Origin: a virus
Lineage: Duplodnaviria; Heunggongvirae; Uroviricota; Caudoviricetes
Strand: one strand, 5' to 3'
IMG/VR virus record: IMGVR_UViG_2703718769_000003
DNA length: 6,084 nt
This document shows, piece after piece, positions 1-5,908 of the stretch. Made by a program: the position numbers and the translations under genes. The notes under the pieces are model-generated. The model saw only the letters and a list, made by a program, of their open reading frames with translations, had not been told where the DNA came from and did no database searches. Each line of letters opens with the position of its first letter. Within the stretch, counting starts at the first letter, position 1.

Positions 1-21
1 ACGGATCTCAGTATGTTTCAT
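1..21 (-). CDS. U: Tail tube terminator protein, lambda U-like; 5' end only (first 7 codons), continues beyond the window start
   Basis: Minus-strand ATG at 19-21 overlaps the Z stop (ATGA arrangement). The codons read M-K-H-T-E-I-R, matching the N-terminus of lambda gpU (MKHTEL...) as I recall it. Position directly downstream of Z matches lambda gene order. Confidence 0.6.
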
Positions 22-551
22 CGTTTTATCGCAATCCTCAGTTGTTGTTTCAGCGCGTATGCCAGTTCTCCGGGCAGGCGTTCACGCCGGATACGGTCAA
101 CGTTTTCATCAAACGCCTGTTTCAGTGGGGCCGCCATCGGGATTTTCACCACATCAATGGGGTAACGGTTTTTCCCGGCAACACGCTGCATGACATGCCA
201 GCGACCATTTTTTAATCGCTGAATAAATGCCCGCTGATACCGATGCTGACCAGCTTTAAGTATGCTGTTCGGACGACGGCCCAGCATCCTGATCCCCAGC
301 TTAATCACAGGGAGATCACCGCGGTTAACGATAATTCTGGCATTCGGATTTCTGACCGTCGCCCGTTTCAGTCTGGACCGTTCCTTTACCAGTTTCCGGC
401 TCACCCTGGTCTCCCGGGCAACCTGTGATGAAGACTGATTAATCGCCGTTGTGGCAACGCGGTTAATAGCCATTGCTGAAGCCGCCGGAATGGCGTTTTT
501 ACGAACCCGGCTCAGATTTTCAATCGCCTGATCAAGCCCTTTTATCGCCAT
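18..551 (-). CDS. Z: Tail completion protein, lambda Z-like (177 aa)
   Basis: ORF track 18..551 (-). N-terminus MAIKGLDQAIENLSR...AAMAINRVA...SQVARET...LVKER.RLKRATV.NP.ARI.VNRGDLPVIKLG and C-terminus FIQ.LKNGRWHVMQRVAGKNRYPIDVVKIPMA...RIRRERLP.EL.YAL...LR..IKR closely match recalled lambda gpZ. ATG at 549-551 with AGGGTGA Shine-Dalgarno about 5 nt upstream. About 15 aa shorter than lambda Z (192 aa), apparently through a central deletion. Confidence 0.9.
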   Translation of the reverse strand: MAIKGLDQAIENLSRVRKNAIPAASAMAINRVATTAINQSSSQVARETRVSRKLVKERSRLKRATVRNPNARIIVNRGDLPVIKLGIRMLGRRPNSILKAGQHRYQRAFIQRLKNGRWHVMQRVAGKNRYPIDVVKIPMAAPLKQAFDENVDRIRRERLPGELAYALKQQLRIAIKR

Positions 552-565
552 AATTCACCCTGCGT

Positions 566-919
566 TTATCGTCGCCGGTTAACTGCGGGGGGTTGCCCAC
601 GGTTGAGCCAGAGATAGCAACTGCCCCCGTCATCCGGAGAAACACGATCCACCCAGAATGTCTCACCATTAATGGTCAGCGTGTCACCACGCCGCACAGC
701 ACGAACCGTATCCGTCCGCACAAATAATGACGGGCAGCTTCCTTCAATACGGACCCCGCTACCGGCAAACCCCAGCGACTCCGGATCGTCAAAAACCCCC
801 TGAACTTCGCTGCCACACTGTGCCCCCGAGGTGAACTGCGCACAGAGTCCCATCACTTCAATAATCGTGCTGTCCACCCCGGCAAGGGCAGCATCAAAGG
901 CATTCTGAAAATCACGCAT
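566..919 (-). CDS. FII: Head-tail joining / head completion protein, lambda FII-like (117 aa)
   Basis: ORF track 566..919 (-). Same length as lambda gpFII (117 aa) with extensive recalled identity (GVFDDPE, GVR.EGS.PSLFVRTD.VR..RRGDTLTI, FWVDRVSPDDGGSC.LWL.RG.PPAVNRRR). Start ATG 917-919 overlaps the FI stop (912-914) by 8 nt. Confidence 0.92.
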   Translation of the reverse strand: MRDFQNAFDAALAGVDSTIIEVMGLCAQFTSGAQCGSEVQGVFDDPESLGFAGSGVRIEGSCPSLFVRTDTVRAVRRGDTLTINGETFWVDRVSPDDGGSCYLWLNRGQPPAVNRRR

Positions 920-1295
920 GCTCAGCCGTTCCGTGCTGTATCATGGCTGTCGCCAGTGGTGACGGCACCAGAACACGCATGCCCCGGTACGTCAGTTCAA
1001 CGGGACGGCCTGTCTCCGGGCAATACCCCATCACATGCAGGCATTTCCGCACACGGACCGCTTTAACATCATCCGTAGCATCAGTGTTGTACAACTGCTC
1101 ACCATCGTCTGTGTGATTTTGCTCTGACCAGCTCTCATCACCAGGCATAATGCCCTCCCGGGAAGCAGCAAGCTCCTCTTCCCACTCAGACACACGTTGC
1201 GCAATATCCGCAGCACTCCCCGACATATCCGCCTCGCGCCCCAGCAGGCCAGCCAGTTGACGAAGACGATTCAGATTTTCTTCTTTTGTTGCCAT
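912..1295 (-). CDS. FI: DNA packaging / head assembly protein, lambda FI-like (about 127 aa from the ATG at 1293-1295)
   Basis: ORF track gives 912..1343 from an upstream GTG. I place the start at the ATG at 1293-1295 (MATKEENLNRLRQLAGLLGRE...), which aligns with the recalled lambda gpFI N-terminus (MTKDELIARLRSLGEQL...), has a GGGGG Shine-Dalgarno 5-6 nt upstream, and lies downstream of the terminator-like hairpin. An acidic central region (EWEEELAA...DDGEQ...DATDD) is also FI-like. The C-terminal third is less similar to lambda as I recall it. Confidence 0.75.
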   Translation of the reverse strand: MATKEENLNRLRQLAGLLGREADMSGSAADIAQRVSEWEEELAASREGIMPGDESWSEQNHTDDGEQLYNTDATDDVKAVRVRKCLHVMGYCPETGRPVELTYRGMRVLVPSPLATAMIQHGTAEHA

Positions 1296-1308
1296 ATCAG
1301 CCCCCTGT

Positions 1309-1340
1309 GAAAAAAGACACGGGGGCATTTCGCCCCCGCT
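1309..1340 (-). terminator. Intrinsic-terminator-like hairpin between E and FI: 7-bp GC stem (CGGGGGC / GCCCCCG), 5-nt loop (GAAAT), then a UCUUUUUU tract on the transcribed (minus) strand
   Basis: Read directly from the sequence. Plus strand 1321-1339 is cgggggcatttcgcccccg, a perfect inverted repeat. The minus-strand RNA would be CGGGGGC-GAAAU-GCCCCCG followed 2 nt later by UCUUUUUU (plus strand 1311-1318 aaaaaaga). It lies between the E stop (1347-1349) and the FI start (1293-1295). Confidence 0.6.
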
Positions 1341-1346
1341 CACGGA

Positions 1347-2375
1347 TTATTTCACCTGCACCACCACAAACTCATCCGGATCCGGCAGCACCATCAGCGG
1401 TGCGGACTGCGTCATGGTAAATTCACGGGCCGGATCGCCCACGGTCAGCCAGTGTTTCGGGTAACGGGAAGAAGCCACCACACCTTCGGACAACGCCTGC
1501 GCATCCTGAATGGCACCGTAACAACGGATCCCATCTGCAGCCGTATTTCCCAGCACCAGCGTGCCCTCCGGCAGATAACGTTTTTCGGTACCGTCCTCTG
1601 CCACATAAGACGTTTTCGCCACCACAATGGCCAGATCGCCGTAATACCCTTTGAAAGACACCACCGCCCCCAGGTCTTTCACTGCCGTTTCGAGTTGTGA
1701 ATTTGAGCCGCGACGGGTATCCAGTTTTTCGCGGAAAAGCTTAAAGCCATTCAGCAGACGCCAGACAGTACCGTCCATAATGGCAATATTCACAAGACCG
1801 CTGGCCTGATCGCAGTAAAGGTCAATATCATGCGTCGGATCAAACGTATCACGGTCCTGCTCAGACCATTTTTTACCGTCGGCCTGCTCAATGTTATTTC
1901 CTTCAGAGCGTCCAAAATCCACCTCGACAGTATCAAACTGATCCCCTTCCATGGTGTATTTGCCATACAGCACGGCATTCACCGCCTGCATTTCTTCCAC
2001 CTGGACAATGGCGTGCTCTTCCTGTTTGAGGTTATCAGTGATGATACGCAGACGACGGTAGGCCGGGTCGTTCAGCTGAGCCGGATCTTCACCGGGAAGA
2101 CGCTCAACCGCCTGCTGGTAATTAAATTCGTGTTTCGGCTTGACGTAGCCCGGACGCAACACGCGGGTTTCACCACCGCGATGACGCAGCACTTTTCCTT
2201 CAACGACCGGGGAGACATAGGCCGCCACCGGCGTTTTTCCGGTAATTTTGTCCAGCATCACCTCTTCGGTGTGGAAATTCACCGTACGGCGGAAAAACAG
2301 TTCCAGAAACAGCGCTCGAAATTTCACTTTTTGTTCGGTATAACCGAGTAACTGGCGGGTCGTAAACAATCCCAT
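1347..2375 (-). CDS. E: Major capsid protein, lambda E-like (342 aa)
   Basis: ORF track 1347..2375 (-). Nearly the same length as lambda gpE (341 aa) with long recalled identical stretches (PGYVKPKHE, LDTRRGSNS.LETAVKDLG, YPK.W.T.GDPAREFTM.QSAPLM.L.DPDEF). ATG at 2373-2375 with AAAGGAA Shine-Dalgarno-like sequence upstream. Confidence 0.95.
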   Translation of the reverse strand: MGLFTTRQLLGYTEQKVKFRALFLELFFRRTVNFHTEEVMLDKITGKTPVAAYVSPVVEGKVLRHRGGETRVLRPGYVKPKHEFNYQQAVERLPGEDPAQLNDPAYRRLRIITDNLKQEEHAIVQVEEMQAVNAVLYGKYTMEGDQFDTVEVDFGRSEGNNIEQADGKKWSEQDRDTFDPTHDIDLYCDQASGLVNIAIMDGTVWRLLNGFKLFREKLDTRRGSNSQLETAVKDLGAVVSFKGYYGDLAIVVAKTSYVAEDGTEKRYLPEGTLVLGNTAADGIRCYGAIQDAQALSEGVVASSRYPKHWLTVGDPAREFTMTQSAPLMVLPDPDEFVVVQVK

Positions 2376-2404
2376 AAATCAGTTCCTTTCATTCAGAAAT
2401 CAGT

Positions 2405-2424
2405 CAGGCCACCGCGGTGGCCTG
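2405..2424. other. Perfect 20-nt palindrome CAGGCCACCGCGGTGGCCTG in the D-E intergenic region; potential RNA hairpin in the late transcript or a protein-binding site
   Basis: Read directly from the sequence at 2405-2424; it is self-complementary over all 20 nt and sits in the 57-nt gap between the D stop (2433-2435) and the E start (2373-2375). No U-tract follows on the transcribed strand, so it is not a canonical intrinsic terminator. Confidence 0.5.
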
Positions 2425-2432
2425 ATAACGTG

Positions 2433-2780
2433 TTACGGCAGCGCCGCGTGACTAAGGGCACTGCCGGCAAAGGCGTTGGCCTTTTTGTGTTCATCCACAC
2501 TCTCAGGCCAGTGAATTGCCTCTGTCGCAAAGGTCCCCGACTTGTAATACGTCAGTACCGTCTCTGTACCTTCAAGCGGCAGTACCAGTATGCCAACCGC
2601 ACCACCGGCTTTCTGTCCGTCCCAGACCACCAGTTTCCCGCTGGCCTCATCCAGCATCAGGGGCGTCAGAGCCGGTGTTGCAGAAGAAATCCCGCTGCTG
2701 CCAGTGGCGGTATGAGCCAGATCATTACCGGCAAAAATACGTACTTCCGCACGCTGTTCAGTGATGGTTTTCGTTACCAT
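2433..2780 (-). CDS. D: Head decoration protein, lambda D-like (115 aa)
   Basis: ORF track 2433..2780 (-). Size close to lambda gpD (110 aa) with recalled motifs (AHTATG..G.S...PA.TPLMLD, KLV.WDG...G.AVGIL, YKSGTF, WPE...E.KK..AFAG.A.S). ATG at 2778-2780. Confidence 0.9.
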   Translation of the reverse strand: MVTKTITEQRAEVRIFAGNDLAHTATGSSGISSATPALTPLMLDEASGKLVVWDGQKAGGAVGILVLPLEGTETVLTYYKSGTFATEAIHWPESVDEHKKANAFAGSALSHAALP

Positions 2781-2816
2781 ATTGTAAAAACCTCATATTG
2801 ATGGTCAGCACTGACT

Positions 2817-3419
2817 TCATGGCATGGCCATGAGCATTTTCACGTCCGCATCACCGTCTGCTGACGTCTGTGACACGCCCCCATGTACCGCTGCCGGTGA
2901 ATGGTTCGCCATGATGCGTTCAAACAGGGCGGTTGTGGATGCAGAGATAGGCTCTGCCTTACCTGATCCCGCAGCCAGCACAGCCCGGGCATTCTCCACG
3001 GTCATGCCCGGGCAGGCAGCCAGCTGTTCAGCCTGCGCCTCAGCCCCTTTTGCCTCATCCAGGGCCATGATCTGATCACGGAGTGAGGGGCCGGTATCTG
3101 CCTGTGGTGAAGCAGCCAGGATAGGGCTGGCTTTTTCCACCGTCATCTCCGGCATCGCCGCCAGCGTTGCCGCCAGTTGTTCACGACCTTTAGCCTCTTC
3201 ACACGCCATAATGCGATCGGCTTCACTCTGCGAGGATGCCACCGGTTGCTGTGGTGCTGCCGCGGACAGAATCGCCCGGGCCTGTTCAACGCTCATGCCC
3301 TGTTGTCCTGCCAGCATCGTGGCAAGCTGTTCACGTCCTTTCGCTTCCTGACATGTCAGGATCCCCATCACTCTCTGGTTCTCCTGCGCGGCGGCTTCCG
3401 TTGCAGTTAATTGCGGCAT
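2817..3419 (-). CDS. Nu3: Nu3-like scaffolding protein, translated from an in-frame internal start within C (about 200 aa, sharing the C-terminus of C)
   Basis: In-frame ATG at 3417-3419 (residue M302 of C; MPQLTATEAAAQ...) is preceded on the minus strand by AGAGGAGG with a 4-nt spacer, a near-consensus Shine-Dalgarno embedded in coding sequence. The predicted ~200-aa product matches the size and nested C/Nu3 arrangement of lambda. An alternative in-frame ATG at 3630-3632 (M231, MQQRIDAAHRMF) has only a weak Shine-Dalgarno. Confidence 0.6.
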   Translation of the reverse strand: MPQLTATEAAAQENQRVMGILTCQEAKGREQLATMLAGQQGMSVEQARAILSAAAPQQPVASSQSEADRIMACEEAKGREQLAATLAAMPEMTVEKASPILAASPQADTGPSLRDQIMALDEAKGAEAQAEQLAACPGMTVENARAVLAAGSGKAEPISASTTALFERIMANHSPAAVHGGVSQTSADGDADVKMLMAMP

Positions 3420-4322
3420 AGTGCCTCCTCTGGCATTACTGTTCAGCGCCGTGGCCATCACACTGATGGCATCCGACGCATTGATTAATTCATCCGCCAG
3501 CCCGGCCTCAATACCGGACTGACCTTCAAAAACGGCGGCCTCTGTTCCCGTGACGGCATCCACAGACAGACCGGTATACATCGCCACTTTTTCGGCAAAC
3601 ATCCGGTGTGCCGCATCAATCCGCTGCTGCATGTCCTGGCGAACTTCTGCCGGCAACGCTTCAAACTGATTGCCATCCACCTTATGCGCCCCGGCGTAAA
3701 TCAGCGTGATATCCACACCGGCCTGCGCCAGATGACCGGCATAGCTGACATGGCTCATCATCACGCCAATGGAGCCGATACGGGATGTCTGGGTAACCAG
3801 CCGTCGGGAGCAGGCCGACGCCAGCAGCATGGCTGCAGAACAGGCCGTGTCATTGCACAGTGCCCAGACCGGCTTCTGCTGACGGAGGCGGTAAATCATG
3901 TCAGCGCAGTCAAACGCGCCGGCGGCCTGCCCGCCCGGACTGTCAATGTCCAGCAGTACGCCACGCACCTGGCTATCCGCCATTGCCTGCTGAAGACAGG
4001 CGACAATGCCGTCATAGCCTGTCATTCCGGAAAAGGGCCGCAGCCCCCCCAGCCGGTGCACCAGCGTGCCTGTCACCGGCAGTACAGCAATGCCGTTCAC
4101 CACCCGGTAAACACGGGCCGGTCGTTTTCCTCCGGCCATGTACTCGTCCGTTTCAGCCAGCATTCCGGGAGCATCAAGCTGTACCTGCTGTTGTGGTACC
4201 GAAAGACTTGCTGCCCCCATCTCGCGCCCGAGCGCGCAAAAGAAAACCCGCGCATAGGCGGGCTCCAGAAGCAGCGGTTCATTGAATGCTGCGGCAATAA
4301 TGTGTGAAAGATTACGTCTCAC
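2817..4322 (-). CDS. C: Prohead (head maturation) protease, lambda C-like, with an S49/ClpP-fold protease domain in the N-terminal ~300 aa and a repeat-containing scaffold-like C-terminal region (501 aa ORF; likely GTG start at 4320-4322)
   Basis: ORF track 2817..4322 (-). N-terminus RNL.HI...AFNEPL.LEPAYARVFFCAL and the central block GVLLDIDSPGG.AAGAFDCADMIYRLRQ.KPVWAL.ND.ACSAAMLLASACSRRLVTQTSRIGSIGVMM.H...LIYAG.HKVDGN match recalled lambda gpC. The start overlaps the B stop (4312-4314) by 11 nt, with an AGAGGAGA Shine-Dalgarno about 10 nt upstream of the GTG. Longer than lambda C (439 aa) because of the repeat expansion in the C-terminal region. Confidence 0.88.
   Translation of the reverse strand: MRRNLSHIIAAAFNEPLLLEPAYARVFFCALGREMGAASLSVPQQQVQLDAPGMLAETDEYMAGGKRPARVYRVVNGIAVLPVTGTLVHRLGGLRPFSGMTGYDGIVACLQQAMADSQVRGVLLDIDSPGGQAAGAFDCADMIYRLRQQKPVWALCNDTACSAAMLLASACSRRLVTQTSRIGSIGVMMSHVSYAGHLAQAGVDITLIYAGAHKVDGNQFEALPAEVRQDMQQRIDAAHRMFAEKVAMYTGLSVDAVTGTEAAVFEGQSGIEAGLADELINASDAISVMATALNSNARGGTMPQLTATEAAAQENQRVMGILTCQEAKGREQLATMLAGQQGMSVEQARAILSAAAPQQPVASSQSEADRIMACEEAKGREQLAATLAAMPEMTVEKASPILAASPQADTGPSLRDQIMALDEAKGAEAQAEQLAACPGMTVENARAVLAAGSGKAEPISASTTALFERIMANHSPAAVHGGVSQTSADGDADVKMLMAMP
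2970..3380 (-). repeat. Three diverged in-frame tandem repeats of about 150 nt (50-51 aa) within the scaffold region of C/Nu3, each encoding a motif like IM..xEAKGREQLA..LA..PGMTVE.AR.ILAA
   Basis: Protein-level copies at about residues 318-352, 370-404 and 417-451 of C. At DNA level the core (c/t)tgttca recurs at 3024-3030, 3177-3183 and 3327-3333 (spacing 153 and 150 nt) with similar flanks (gtcatgcccgggcaggcagccagctgttca / cgccgccagttgttcacg / gtggcaagctgttcacg). Confidence 0.7.
3420..3431 (-). promoter_or_regulatory. Internal ribosome-binding site (AGAGGAGG) within the C coding sequence, positioned for Nu3 initiation
   Basis: Plus strand 3420-3431 agtgcctcctct is the reverse complement of AGAGGAGGCACT, immediately 5' of the in-frame ATG at 3417-3419 on the minus strand. 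Confidence 0.6.
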
Positions 4323-5904
4323 GTGGTGTTGTCTCCTCTTCCGGCCTGCGGCTCTCCGCTATCTGCTGCTGATACGCCTGTGCTATCCACACCGGACGTG
4401 AGAGTCCGGCCTTTTCCCGCTCTGCGGATTCCCTGACCTGCTGGCGGAAAATGTCCTGATAATCCTCACCCATCAGCGCCAGCTCTTTCTCATACGTGCT
4501 CAGTCCGGAATCAATACGCATCACCGATTCCTGGACTTCCTTGAGCCCGTCAATGGCCATTCTTCCGGCACCAATCCACTCGGCCCGTGACCAGGCTGAA
4601 CGCGCCTGATAAAAATCAAAACGCGCCCGTGGCGGACGAATAATCCCCCGAAGAAGTGCCTCTTCCAGCCAGCAGGAAAACATCTGCGTGGCCAGCCGGG
4701 ACGCAATAAATTTTCGTCGTCCCATAAAATAGCGCCACGACTCATTGGCGGAGGCGCGGGCACTTGAATAACTGACCTTCGAGTAATCACGGGACAACTG
4801 TTCGTAGGAAACGCCAAGACCGGCGGCGATATACCGCAGCAGCGCCTGTTCAAGCGCCGAAAATCCATTGTCTGAATCCTGCGCGGTCTGCAGTTTCAGA
4901 TCATCCCCGGGGAAAAGGTGCGGAATTTTGACACCACCCAGCGTCACGCTATTCGTGTCATACCAGGTGGAGAACTTCTCCAGAATATTAATAAGCGGAT
5001 TATCCTTCTGCCCCTGCGGCGCACCGGCGATATATTCAAAGGCCTTTTCGGTATCAAGTTCACTTTCAATCGTCGCTGCATACATCGCCCTCACTATGGC
5101 CGACTGAAGCTGTGTTGCCTGCAGGGAATCGAGCATCTTCAGCCGTTCCATGACGCTGTAAAACTGATTAGCCCCACGGGTCTGCCCGTCCTCCACCGGC
5201 TCGAAAATATGCAGCATGGCCGGGCGCCCGGTGGGAAGTTCACGCGGGATCCGTTCCCATCGTCCACTACCAGAGAACGGAAAATCATCCTCACAGATAT
5301 GGTACGCGACGGCACGGCCATATCGATCGACCTCCACACCGGCCCGCAGAAAACGGTTCCCCATACCGTGTCCAGGCGTGTCCACCCGTTTCGGACTCAC
5401 GGCTTTAAAACGCGTACGGAATAACTGCGTGGTTTCCGTATCCCAGACCGGCTGCACAAAGATTTCGCCGTTAAACGCATGAACGCCCACACCTTCACGG
5501 ATAAATTCCGTAAACGTGCGTTTCCCTTCCACGTCGATCTCGCCAGACATCCCTTCTGCGTATTCCGACCAGGCCGCCTCCACCTCATCGACAAAACTTT
5601 TTGCCGCAGTCTCCCGCATCCCCAGCCAGCGCCAGTTCGGACGGTAGCTGATCAGAAACATATGCCCGACAATATGATCCTTATGCAGGGCCACCGCATT
5701 AGCCGCTATCCCGTTATTGCGTACCAGATCATCTGCACGGGCATTCCCCAGACGCAACGCGGGCAGCAGGGCCGCATCGGCACTCTGCGCCGGTGGCAAC
5801 CACTCCGCCATTTGCCCGCCAAATCCTGCACCGCCCCCGTGGTAGCTGAGGCTCTCCCGAAGCGGAACGCCGTTCACATCAATCAGGACAGGCGTTCGTT
5901 TCAT
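4312..5904 (-). CDS. B: Portal protein, lambda B-like (530 aa)
   Basis: ORF track 4312..5904 (-). Size close to lambda gpB (533 aa) with long recalled identities (YHGGG.GFGGQ, DAALLP, GNARADDLVRNNG.AANA, FEPVEDGQTRGAN.FYSVME..KMLD.LQ.TQLQSAIV.AMYAATIESELDT, LLRYIAAGLGVSYEQLSR.Y, GRMAIDGLKEVQE.VM.I..GLSTYEKE). ATG at 5902-5904 follows 2 nt after the upstream ORF's TGA (5909-5911), with a GGGAGTGAGG Shine-Dalgarno-like sequence overlapping the upstream gene's end. Confidence 0.95.
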   Translation of the reverse strand: MKRTPVLIDVNGVPLRESLSYHGGGAGFGGQMAEWLPPAQSADAALLPALRLGNARADDLVRNNGIAANAVALHKDHIVGHMFLISYRPNWRWLGMRETAAKSFVDEVEAAWSEYAEGMSGEIDVEGKRTFTEFIREGVGVHAFNGEIFVQPVWDTETTQLFRTRFKAVSPKRVDTPGHGMGNRFLRAGVEVDRYGRAVAYHICEDDFPFSGSGRWERIPRELPTGRPAMLHIFEPVEDGQTRGANQFYSVMERLKMLDSLQATQLQSAIVRAMYAATIESELDTEKAFEYIAGAPQGQKDNPLINILEKFSTWYDTNSVTLGGVKIPHLFPGDDLKLQTAQDSDNGFSALEQALLRYIAAGLGVSYEQLSRDYSKVSYSSARASANESWRYFMGRRKFIASRLATQMFSCWLEEALLRGIIRPPRARFDFYQARSAWSRAEWIGAGRMAIDGLKEVQESVMRIDSGLSTYEKELALMGEDYQDIFRQQVRESAEREKAGLSRPVWIAQAYQQQIAESRRPEEETTPRET

Positions 5905-5908
5905 AACC

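Noticed and set aside
1031-1216. Small minus-strand ORFs nested out of frame inside FI (1031..1216), E (1445..1627, 1790..1978), C (3485..3676, 4097..4297) and B (4521..4868, 5139..5339, 5397..5594)
   Set aside because: Alternative-frame ORFs inside well-supported genes, with no ribosome-binding sites noted and no lambda counterpart; treated as frame noise. Not a programmed-frameshift context (no slippery heptamer was looked for or seen at these sites).
1296-1343. Upstream GTG start used by the ORF track for FI (912..1343)
   Set aside because: The extra 16 codons would be translated through the terminator-like hairpin and begin 3 nt after the E stop. The ATG at 1293-1295 has a good Shine-Dalgarno and matches the recalled lambda FI N-terminus, so the longer form is probably an ORF-caller artefact.
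1830-2351. Plus-strand ORF of 173 aa antisense to the major capsid gene E
   Set aside because: Antisense to the best-conserved gene in the window; the composition (many R, F, H, L) looks like an antisense artefact and there is no independent support.
2430-2801. Plus-strand ORFs (123 aa at 2430..2801 and 82 aa at 2516..2764) overlapping the decoration gene D
   Set aside because: Antisense to the D homologue, which itself matches lambda D well; composition is Arg/Cys-rich and non-protein-like.
2781-2816. Short inverted repeat (gtcag-ca-ctgac, about 2803..2814) in the Nu3/C-D intergenic gap
   Set aside because: Only a 5-bp stem with a 2-nt loop; too weak to call a regulatory hairpin. The gap more likely just holds the D ribosome-binding site.
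3606-4307. Plus-strand ORF of 233 aa (and the overlapping 141-aa ORF at 3860..4285) antisense to the protease gene C
   Set aside because: Fully antisense to a strongly conserved lambda-like gene. The translation is rich in Arg/Cys/His/Pro with low complexity, typical of antisense frames in GC-rich coding DNA. No convincing ribosome-binding site and no recognisable family.
4918-5424. Plus-strand ORF of 168 aa, with neighbouring plus-strand ORFs at 4868..5107, 5216..5482 and 5479..5985, antisense to the portal gene B
   Set aside because: All lie within the portal coding region on the opposite strand. Long antisense ORFs are expected by chance at this GC content and none resembles a protein family I recognise.
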